Below, one piece after another: positions 31,657 to 39,819 of a DNA stretch of 64,000 nt. Location of the stretch: positions 1,024,001 through 1,088,000 of the forward strand of contig JAXGYC010000007.1 in assembly GCA_040772485.1 (NCBI GenBank), read 5' to 3'. The notes under the pieces were generated by a model. It was not told where the DNA came from. It saw only the letters and a list, made by a program, of their open reading frames with translations, and made no database searches. This DNA comes from Sedimentisphaerales bacterium. GTDB lineage: Bacteria > Planctomycetota > Phycisphaerae > Sedimentisphaerales > Anaerobacaceae. Both the position numbers and the translations under genes were made by a program. The first letter of the stretch is position 1, and every line of letters starts with the position of its first letter.

Positions 31657-31827
31657 CTACAGACTTATCGCCTCAACGGGGCACGCATCGATGCAAGCCC
31701 CGCAATCGATGCAGGAATCCGCGTCAACAACGGCCTTGCCGCCCGCCATGCTGATCGCATTGCTGGGACACTCATCGACGCAGGTCTCACATCCGGTGCA
31801 TTTTGCCTTGTCTACTTCAGCCGGCAT
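31657..31827 (-). CDS. 56-aa 2[4Fe-4S] ferredoxin; not in ORF track
   Basis: MPAEVDKAKCTGCETCVDECPSNAISMAGGKAVVDADSCIDCGACIDACPVEAISL, with two CxxCxxCxxxCP motifs. Confidence 0.95.
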   Translation of the reverse strand: MPAEVDKAKCTGCETCVDECPSNAISMAGGKAVVDADSCIDCGACIDACPVEAISL

Positions 31828-32100
31828 CCAGCTACCCTTTCAAATTAGGAACCATGAATCTCATCGGAAAGTACGGAATAATAACGCCTCTTCCCGTAAA
31901 TACAACCCAAAATTTGCGTCAAAATGGCTGGGGGAAGCCTCTATCGGCCATGTCGCCCCCCATTGTCCGCAAGTCGTCTTGCCGCCGGGTCTTGGGCCGG
32001 ATTCGACGTAACGGCATACGACAGATCCAGCGGAAGGTTCTTTGCGGGCCGAACACCCAAGGTCAGGCGCTATGGCAGCAGGTGTGTAAATGGGGAGGCG

Positions 32101-34554
32101 TCAGCGGGCTGGCAGGAGCGTGCCCGGCGACCACCCCGACCCGAGCGAGAGTTTGGGCCTGCGACCCTCCTTCAGGGCCGCCGCCATGGCGCGGACCAGG
32201 TCGCTGGCGTCCGAACCGGCCATCCAGTCCAGCACCCTGTCGAAGTCGCTGCCCTGCGTGGTGCCCAGAAGATAGACGGTCATGAGACGAACCGGCCATT
32301 GACCGTGATGTAGGTTCTTGCCCGCCGCGGCGGTCAGTTCCTGGTCGAGCGGCATCGAAAGCAGGTCCGCTGTCGCATTGACCTTGACGGCCCAATCGCG
32401 TTCATCCTGGCTCAGGAGCAGGCCGGGATCCTTCAGGAGCGCCGAGCGGAGCAAGTCCGGCAGCCATGCGGCGTACCGATATGGGTAAAGCGTGCCATGC
32501 TGAGCCATGGCGTGCTGCTCCCGCAGAAGGCCGGTGAACAACTGCGAGGTTCGCACCTTCTGGGCTTCCTGCTCGGACGAGAGAGAATCCACTCGGCTGC
32601 GAACATAGGCGGCGGTCACGTCCACCTTCGGACGCCGTACAACGATCGTCACAGGCTCCAGGTCGGCAATCCCGTTGCGAATCAGCCCCTCCGGCGTCGT
32701 GACAGGGTCGAGATACAGCGTGAATTGAATCTCCAGGTTCGCCTGGGGATAGTCCAATAGAATCCGCCGAAGCAGGCCGGTCGACAGTCTCACCGAAGTG
32801 CTCAGGCTCCGCCCCGGCTGCACCGTCAGGGCCGTACGAATGGTTTCAACCACGAGGTTGGGGATTTCCCTCTGGATGTCTCCGCCGACGCGGGCGTCGA
32901 CCCGAATCCGACCCGCAAACAGGCCGTTCTCCGTAACCACCAGAGGCTCGACGCCCCGGTTAGTGATCGTGACGGTGGCGTCGATGTCGCCGCCGTAGGC
33001 CAGTTCGCTTCCGCGTGCGCCGAACTGCACTTCGAACCTCTTGGCAGGCGGCAAGAACGCCGGGATGAGCGTCTGTCCGAGATTCTGATGCAGGTACGTA
33101 GTCATCCCGGCCGGATCGACGGGCGGAACGTACGCACTGCCGATCGTCCTGAGAATCTCCCCGGCCCGTTCAGCCGCCAGTGAGCCGGGGTCCTTGCCAA
33201 TGGCGGTGCGAAGTGTGGCGATCGCACCGGCTTTGTCCTGCTCGACCAACTGAATCTGCGCCTGCACGATATCGGCGATCTGGTTGTGCTCGAACGATTG
33301 CAGCACAGGCTTGGCCCATTCGAGCTGACCGTTCATGCCAAGGGCATAGGCCAGCAGCGCCCCGGCATCGGGCGAATTCGGCTCGACCGAGTAGCTCTTG
33401 TTGGCCCAATCCAGCGCCTTGACCGGGTTCGGATCGGCGAAGCAGTAGAACCAGGCAAGGTCCTTGGAGGTCAACGGCCGTGTGAGTGTGACCCCGCTCG
33501 ACTGGCCTTGCCCCAGCGACAGGATGCGCTCAGCCTGCTGTCCGGCTTGATCGAGCAGACGTCTGGCTTCCTGCTGGTTTCCCAGCCGTGCGGCCGCCCT
33601 GGCGGCGGTCGCTTCCAGCAGAAGATCGAACTGCCCCTGCCGGCGAACGCTCTCGGCGATCTGAAGGCAGATATCCTGGCTGCCCTCGGCGTTATAACAG
33701 GCAATCGCCCACGGCAGATAGATGCCGGACGGCAGCGGCTCAGCCGGGCGTTGGTGGCGAAACAGCTCCGCGCCGTATCGGAAGGCCTCGGCGGCGACCT
33801 GATAGAGCCCCAGCCGCTGGGCATAGAGCGCGAAGTTCCGAACCGCCTCGGCGTCGAGCGGCTTCTCACGGAACGCCAGCCGCAAGTGTTCGAGGAAGGC
33901 GGCAGGACCGATCTCGTTTGGCGCCACTTCCGCCAGCTTCGCAAACGCCAGCGTATTGTACTTGTTGCTGTTGTAGGCCTGAAGGAAATAGAACTTCGCG
34001 CGCTGGGCGTCGGCCTTCTGCTGCATGACCAGCCCCAGGGCCGTGGCCAGCTCCGAATCGACCGCTGCGTTTCTGTTGCCGATCCGCCGGACCAGGTCTT
34101 CGAGCACCCTTTCGCGACCGTCCTGGCTGTTCTGTCGCGACAGGAGGTAGCGAATGGCCTCGGCGACAACCGCGCGGTCCGCCTGTTCGCTCACATAGCT
34201 TTGTAGAGCAGCCAGAATCTGAGCCGAGTAGTCCTTCGTGGTGGAGCGGGTCGCCAGCCTCAGCAGGAGCGGCTCGACGCCCGATGCCTGAGGGTCCAGC
34301 CGCTTGGCCGCAATCAGCAGGACGACCGCCTGGTCGATCGCAGGCCCGTCCACATCGAGCGCGTGCGTCAACTCCCCGGCAATCTGCACGAACCGGTCCG
34401 CTGCTGAAGACGAGCGGAGCCTGTCAGACGCGTCGGCGCGCGGCGTCACAGGAGGCGAGGCGACGGCCGGCCAGGGAGACGGCGCTTGCGCGCGAACATT
34501 GCAGGCAAGCAGAACCGCTGTGAGGAGCGCCACGACCGACCTGTCCCTGAACAT
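32101..34554 (-). CDS. secreted TPR/helical-repeat protein with a beta-rich segment and HEAT-like C-terminus
   Basis: SD AAGGAG before MFRDRSVVALL signal peptide. Ala/Leu-rich helical repeats. Confidence 0.7.
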   Translation of the reverse strand: MFRDRSVVALLTAVLLACNVRAQAPSPWPAVASPPVTPRADASDRLRSSSAADRFVQIAGELTHALDVDGPAIDQAVVLLIAAKRLDPQASGVEPLLLRLATRSTTKDYSAQILAALQSYVSEQADRAVVAEAIRYLLSRQNSQDGRERVLEDLVRRIGNRNAAVDSELATALGLVMQQKADAQRAKFYFLQAYNSNKYNTLAFAKLAEVAPNEIGPAAFLEHLRLAFREKPLDAEAVRNFALYAQRLGLYQVAAEAFRYGAELFRHQRPAEPLPSGIYLPWAIACYNAEGSQDICLQIAESVRRQGQFDLLLEATAARAAARLGNQQEARRLLDQAGQQAERILSLGQGQSSGVTLTRPLTSKDLAWFYCFADPNPVKALDWANKSYSVEPNSPDAGALLAYALGMNGQLEWAKPVLQSFEHNQIADIVQAQIQLVEQDKAGAIATLRTAIGKDPGSLAAERAGEILRTIGSAYVPPVDPAGMTTYLHQNLGQTLIPAFLPPAKRFEVQFGARGSELAYGGDIDATVTITNRGVEPLVVTENGLFAGRIRVDARVGGDIQREIPNLVVETIRTALTVQPGRSLSTSVRLSTGLLRRILLDYPQANLEIQFTLYLDPVTTPEGLIRNGIADLEPVTIVVRRPKVDVTAAYVRSRVDSLSSEQEAQKVRTSQLFTGLLREQHAMAQHGTLYPYRYAAWLPDLLRSALLKDPGLLLSQDERDWAVKVNATADLLSMPLDQELTAAAGKNLHHGQWPVRLMTVYLLGTTQGSDFDRVLDWMAGSDASDLVRAMAAALKEGRRPKLSLGSGWSPGTLLPAR

Positions 34555-34730
34555 CCGTTTCTCCTTCAAGGCATAGTACGAGCCTTGTATCAACAGGGTA
34601 TTTCGGGCGACGGCCCTGCTCGCTTTAGATGTTATCGCCACAAGGACCGAGGATTTCCCATCATTTGGACAGGCGCAGGTCCGATAAGTTCCGAGCGGCG
34701 TCGCAGAGCAGGCTGTCCGAGCCAAGACCC

Positions 34731-36323
34731 TCAGGGCCTGGCCACGACCCCCTTCGTTCTCCTGCCTCCAAGCAGCAGCCCGAGCATTTCGATGTGCAGG
34801 AGCCTGGAGGCCAGCAGATACGCGACGGCGGCGGCCGGTACGGCCAGGGACAACTGAAGGGCAATGCCGTGGTACCGCAGCGCGTACATCACGGCCAACA
34901 GGACGACCTCCATGCAGATCGTCGCGCCGATCGTTTGCAGGATCGCCCGCCCCATTCCGTGGAGAAAGCCGGGGCCCAATCGATGTCGCAGGACGGTCAT
35001 GAGAATCCCGACCTGGATGTACGAGCAGATGGCGGTCGATGCGGCCAACCCGCCGCAGCCGAGGAACCACACCAGCGTCAGGTTCAGACAGACGTTGACC
35101 AGCACCGCAACCGCCGCGCTCCTGGCCGGAACACCCGACTCCTGAAGCGCGTAGAAGACGCGCGTCAACACCTGCTGAGCGAAGTATCCGCTGAGCCCCA
35201 GAACGTAGAACGCCAGGGCGAAGGTGGTTCCGATGGAGTCGGCCGAACGGAATTCGCCTCGCTCAAAGATCACACTGACCGTTGGTTCGCCGATGAGCAG
35301 CAGACCGACGGTGGCCGGAATCGAGATGAACAGCGAGCAGCGCAGTCCACGCGAGACGGTGTTGCGCAGCGACACAAGGTCGTTTCGCGCCGCGTCGGCG
35401 CTCAACACCGGGAAGATCGCCGTCGCCAGAGAGATTCCAAAGACACCGAGCGGGAACTGATAGAGCCGCTGTGCATAGAACAACTGCGAGACCGCTCCCT
35501 CCCATAGCGGATAATCGATTCGCCATCCGAGCAGCCTGAAGAAATGCCCTTTCTCCGGCGAACCGGATAGCCAAAGGGCGATGAAGCTGTCTGCCAGCGT
35601 GTTGATTTGCGTGGCGGCCAAGCCCAGAATCATGGGCCCCATCAGGAGCAGCACCCGGCGAAAGGCATCCGATCGAATGTCCCATGCCGGACGCAAGTGA
35701 ACTCCGCAGGAGTGAAGCGGCGGAATGTGCATAGCCAGTTGAACGAATCCGGTCAGCAGAACGGCCCCGGCCGCCAGAAAAGCCTGGGTCCGCGCAGGGA
35801 CCTTCAGGGCCCATCCGCCGAAACACAAGGCCACAATCAGCAACACGTTCAAAACGACCGGGGCGGCCGCCGGGGCGGCAAAATGCCTGTGTGTGTTCAG
35901 GATGCCGCCCAGGATCGCCACCGTGCAGACCAGGATCATGTAGGGCAGCATCGCACCGGTAAGAAAGAGCTTCAGCCGGGTCGCCTCGCGGTCCGAGAGT
36001 GCGTACAGGATCCAGACCAGCCCTTCCCCTGCGATCACGATCACCGCCAGCAGAACAAACACCACCGTCGCGGCTGTCATTGCCAGTCGGTCGGCCGCAC
36101 GTCGATCCCTTGCCAGCTCCTGGCTGTACACCGGGATCAGGGACGAGGAGGCGGCGCCCTCGCCAAAGAGCCGACGCGAGAGATTGGGAATCATGAAAGC
36201 AATGACCCAGCCGTCCATCACGCCGCTGGCGCCGAGAAAGAAGGCGAAGACCATGTCGCGGATCATGCCGAGAACCCGGCTGACGACGGTCAACACCACG
36301 ATTTGTCGAAACCCCTTGATCAA
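34731..36323 (-). CDS. murJ: lipid II flippase
   Basis: SRVLGMIRD, AFMIPNLSRRLFGEGA, RLYQFPLG, ERG.F. TTG start with SD GGAGG. Confidence 0.93.
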   Translation of the reverse strand: MIKGFRQIVVLTVVSRVLGMIRDMVFAFFLGASGVMDGWVIAFMIPNLSRRLFGEGAASSSLIPVYSQELARDRRAADRLAMTAATVVFVLLAVIVIAGEGLVWILYALSDREATRLKLFLTGAMLPYMILVCTVAILGGILNTHRHFAAPAAAPVVLNVLLIVALCFGGWALKVPARTQAFLAAGAVLLTGFVQLAMHIPPLHSCGVHLRPAWDIRSDAFRRVLLLMGPMILGLAATQINTLADSFIALWLSGSPEKGHFFRLLGWRIDYPLWEGAVSQLFYAQRLYQFPLGVFGISLATAIFPVLSADAARNDLVSLRNTVSRGLRCSLFISIPATVGLLLIGEPTVSVIFERGEFRSADSIGTTFALAFYVLGLSGYFAQQVLTRVFYALQESGVPARSAAVAVLVNVCLNLTLVWFLGCGGLAASTAICSYIQVGILMTVLRHRLGPGFLHGMGRAILQTIGATICMEVVLLAVMYALRYHGIALQLSLAVPAAAVAYLLASRLLHIEMLGLLLGGRRTKGVVARP

Positions 36324-36365
36324 ATTCGTTCCTCCCTGAACGGCGAGCCTCAGGATCGGCCCGGA

Positions 36366-37622
36366 CTACGCTTCGATACCCTTTCGCGGCGCCACGCTGA
36401 ACGGCCGGCACCGGCCCACGTTGTTCAGGAGGCCGACCGCCATCATGTTCACCAGCAGGCTGGAGCCCCCATAGCTGACGAACGGCAGGGTCAGTCCCGT
36501 GATCGGCATCAGGCCGAGCGTCATGCCGACGTTGATTGCCACTTCAACAACGAACATGGCGACGATTCCCATCGCCATGAGCCTGCCGAACGGGTCGGTG
36601 TTGTGGACGGCGATCTCCAGGCCACAGACCACGAGCAGGACATACAGCAACAAGAACCCGATGCAGCCGATGAAACCCACCTGGTGGGCAATCACCGAGA
36701 AGATGAAATCGTTGTGCCGTTCAGGAAGAAAGTCGTACTTGACGAAGGGCCCCTGGCCGTACCCGGCCCCGCTCCAGCCGCCCGAGGCAACGGCGAACTT
36801 GGACCGGACCAGGTGGTAACCCCATTCGTTCCGCCAACTGCGCTCGGTGAACTTGCTCCCAACGAGGAACTTGCCCAGAGCGGGGTGGTTCTGGGCCTTG
36901 TCGCGCACCCACCGGCTCTGGAGCAACACGCTGCTGATTCGGACCCGTTGGTACGGCCTGAGCATGAACCACATGGCGGGACTGACCACCACCGCCAGCA
37001 GCACGATCATGGCCAGATGCCTGATCCGCGCCCCCGCCACGAACAGCATCGTGAAGAACACCGGCATCATCAGCATGACCGTACCCAGGTCGGGTTCCAG
37101 CAGAATCAGCACCATCGGGACCAGCGTCACCGCAAACGGACCCAGAAGGGCGCTGAACCGGCTGTAATTGCTCCGAAAACGCAGATACCACGCCAAGGCC
37201 AGGATGTAGGCGAGCTTGCAGAACTCCGAGGGCTGAATCGCCGGCAGGGAGTGAGAGCCGATCCTGAACACGATCCAGCGGTGGGCCCCCCCGCGCAGGG
37301 GCACGAACGGCAGCGACACGTACTTGCCCAGCAGGATCACCGCCAGCAGCAGCACGGTCGCCAGGTAGATCCAGTGGCTGGCGGCCCCGAGGCGACGATA
37401 GTTGACGAGATTGGCGGCGACGAATCCCGCCGCGCCGACCACGGCGAAAACCAGTTGCTTCTTCCAATAGCCGGCCAGCTCGGCCGCATCGCTGGCCGGG
37501 CTGAGTTCGTCGGGATGGCCCACCACGTAGATCGTGGCGATTCCGATCGCGAGCAGGCCAACCATACAGGCCATCAGGCAGATCCGGACAGGTAAGAGCC
37601 GGCCCTTCAAGAAATTACGCAT
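36366..37622 (-). CDS. rodA: SEDS-family peptidoglycan polymerase (RodA/FtsW)
   Basis: GAHRWI, IQPSEFCK, EPDLGT, LPERHNDFIF, TGLTLPFVSYGGSS. Confidence 0.88.
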   Translation of the reverse strand: MRNFLKGRLLPVRICLMACMVGLLAIGIATIYVVGHPDELSPASDAAELAGYWKKQLVFAVVGAAGFVAANLVNYRRLGAASHWIYLATVLLLAVILLGKYVSLPFVPLRGGAHRWIVFRIGSHSLPAIQPSEFCKLAYILALAWYLRFRSNYSRFSALLGPFAVTLVPMVLILLEPDLGTVMLMMPVFFTMLFVAGARIRHLAMIVLLAVVVSPAMWFMLRPYQRVRISSVLLQSRWVRDKAQNHPALGKFLVGSKFTERSWRNEWGYHLVRSKFAVASGGWSGAGYGQGPFVKYDFLPERHNDFIFSVIAHQVGFIGCIGFLLLYVLLVVCGLEIAVHNTDPFGRLMAMGIVAMFVVEVAINVGMTLGLMPITGLTLPFVSYGGSSLLVNMMAVGLLNNVGRCRPFSVAPRKGIEA

Positions 37623-37755
37623 GTTCTCAGCATACCACAGGGTCCCTTCTGCGTACAGTCGCAGATGGCGAAATCGCCCTCGGCATGCCCGCGGACGGGC
37701 CCTCGATCCACTCCCGGGCTCCAGGGCAGGAACGTCCGCTTTTTTGGTTTTGATC

Positions 37756-37784
37756 TTGATTTGGATGGCCCTTTTTGGTACGCT
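37756..37784 (+). promoter_or_regulatory. sigma70-type promoter about 290 nt upstream of the 38077 gene
   Basis: TTGATT-N17-TACGCT with an extended TG and a T-rich upstream element. Confidence 0.55.
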
Positions 37785-38076
37785 ACAGTAGGTTTTCCAG
37801 GTCTGATGGACCGGCACCGATGGGAACAGACCGTTCCGTCAAGCGGCGGGAAAGGAGGAGCAGAGGGACATAGAGCACTTCTGTTGCCGGCTTTTCCCGC
37901 GAGCAGGACTGCCACATCCGTGGCCGCTTGGGTTGTTGGTCTGCCTCAGAGACGCCGCCATCAGCGGAACCACGAAGAAGAGAGAAGAGAAGAGCAGAAG
38001 CAGGCGAAACAAAACCAAGGTGGAGCGGGCGGTGTTGGCCCGCGAAGAAGAAGAGAAGAGAAAGGAAGGTTTGGTC

Positions 38077-39051
38077 ATGAAGAGGCTGAGTTTGTTGCTG
38101 GCTGTGCTGGTGCTTGGCAGCCCGGCCTTGGGGGCCGTGAGGATCATCGTCGAGCCGAACGACAATACGGCGGCGATCAAGTACGAAACGGATGGGGAGA
38201 TCGTCCGGGCCTTTGCCCTGGACATCATCGTGGATGCCGGAACGATTATCGGCATCTCCGATTTCATCCGGGGCGAGAGCACCGCAGAGAACCCCGGCTA
38301 TGGCATCTTCCCCGCGAACTTCGGCCGCTACATCACTGTCGACGCCGATACGGGTGAAGTCGCCACATGGGACGTGAGCAACTACACCCCCGTCGCGGAT
38401 CCGTGCGATCCCGGCGCGCTGGGCGGACTGGGCACCGACGGCATCACGATCGAGATGGGCGCCCTGTACTATCCCGCCGCAGACAGCTCCCCCAACGCCC
38501 CTGGCACCAGCGGCACGCTTTGCAGGCTGACCCTCAGCACCACCGCCAACGTGACCGTGAGCCTGAACGAGGTTCGCGGCGGTGTTGTTCTGACGGACCC
38601 GGACGTGGCCGCAACAGTCGATATGCTCCAGGCCTCGGCCATGACCGTGGTACCCGAGAACGAGCTGCTGGCGCCGAGCCACCCCGATTACGCCGAATGG
38701 GTCGCCGTGGGCAAGCCGGTCTGCTGGGCCTACCCAAGACAGTGTCATGGTGACGCCGACGGCGTAGCCGAGGGCAATGCGAGCACCGGCTACTCATATG
38801 TCGGCCCGCAGGACCTCAACGTCCTGGTCGCCGCCTGGCAGGTCAAGGAGCCGCCCTTCGGTCCGGGGATTGCATCGATCGAAAACGGCATCTGCGCCGA
38901 CTTCGCCCGTGACAAGGAGGGCAGCAAAGCGACCGGCTTCTATCGCGTCGGTACGACAGACCTGAATCGCCTCGTGGCCAACTGGCTGGTCAAGGAATCG
39001 CCGAAGGGCCCGGGCGTCCGGGGCGACTGTGGCGGCAGCCTGGTGCCGTAG
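38077..39051 (+). CDS. secreted protein with a beta-rich N-domain and two dockerin-like repeats at the C-terminus
   Basis: Signal peptide MKRLSLLLAVLVLGSPALG. Repeats CHGDADG..YVGPQDLNVLVAAW and CADFARD..RVGTTDLNRLVANW. Confidence 0.75.
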   Translation: MKRLSLLLAVLVLGSPALGAVRIIVEPNDNTAAIKYETDGEIVRAFALDIIVDAGTIIGISDFIRGESTAENPGYGIFPANFGRYITVDADTGEVATWDVSNYTPVADPCDPGALGGLGTDGITIEMGALYYPAADSSPNAPGTSGTLCRLTLSTTANVTVSLNEVRGGVVLTDPDVAATVDMLQASAMTVVPENELLAPSHPDYAEWVAVGKPVCWAYPRQCHGDADGVAEGNASTGYSYVGPQDLNVLVAAWQVKEPPFGPGIASIENGICADFARDKEGSKATGFYRVGTTDLNRLVANWLVKESPKGPGVRGDCGGSLVP

Positions 39052-39129
39052 TGCCATTGCTCTTGCTTGTGTCGTGTCGATCCGACGGAGCACGGTGAGC
39101 GTCGGTTCGATACCTTGGAACGTGCAACG

Positions 39130-39165
39130 AGGGCAAGTCCCGTCAGTGGGCTTGCCCTTTTCTTT
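39130..39165 (+). terminator. intrinsic terminator after the 38077 gene
   Basis: AGGGCAAG(T)CCC-loop-GGGCTTGCCCT followed by TTTCTTT. Confidence 0.7.
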
Positions 39166-39240
39166 GCGCTTGCCCGCCGGAGGTCTTCATGGTATGGTCG
39201 AGATGGTTTTCCACTGGTGCCCTTCAGGAGGATTGACCAC

Positions 39241-39816
39241 ATGAGACGCACTGCGGATGTCATCATCTGTCTGATCGTAACTGTACTGCCGATGGGCTGT
39301 CGGACCCCTTCCGCGCGGCCTCCGGACGGCCAAAGCGTCGTGGTGGAAGGCGGAGGCAGATTCCCGGCGGCACTGGCGGGCACGTGGAAAGCGGACCGCG
39401 ACGGATGGGAGTTCGTCATCGAGCGGGATGGGCGCATCTCCTCGGCGGTCATCAGTCTCGGCCGGGTCCGCGTCACGCCGGGCAAGAGCGAGACGCTCCC
39501 CACCCAGGGAGGCGGCGAGGGGCTCTTCGAACCCGGACCGTGGGCCGTCTACTGCAATCCGAAGACGAACGAGGTGATCGTCAAGATTGTCATGCGTCAC
39601 GTGCGCGTCGGGATGGCCGAGGCGATTCTCGAAGGCACCAGCACAGACACGTTCTCCGGCCCCATGTCGCCTGCCGACAATGTCTGGCAAGTGCAGTGGA
39701 CGAACTTCAGCACCTATCAGCTCCAGATGCCTGATGGCTCTGCATCGGAATTGTCGACCGACGAAACCTATGGCGAGACGAATTCACTGACATTCGAAAG
39801 GCTGTCGCGACCGTAG
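39241..39816 (+). CDS. putative lipoprotein, unknown function
   Basis: SD AGGAGG, lipobox-like PMGC, and an upstream TTGCCC-N17-TATGGT promoter-like sequence. Confidence 0.7.
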   Translation: MRRTADVIICLIVTVLPMGCRTPSARPPDGQSVVVEGGGRFPAALAGTWKADRDGWEFVIERDGRISSAVISLGRVRVTPGKSETLPTQGGGEGLFEPGPWAVYCNPKTNEVIVKIVMRHVRVGMAEAILEGTSTDTFSGPMSPADNVWQVQWTNFSTYQLQMPDGSASELSTDETYGETNSLTFERLSRP

Positions 39817-39819
39817 GTG

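Noticed and set aside
34555..35070. N-terminal extension of the 989-aa ORF
   Set aside because: It overlaps murJ. The SD and signal peptide place the real start at 34554.
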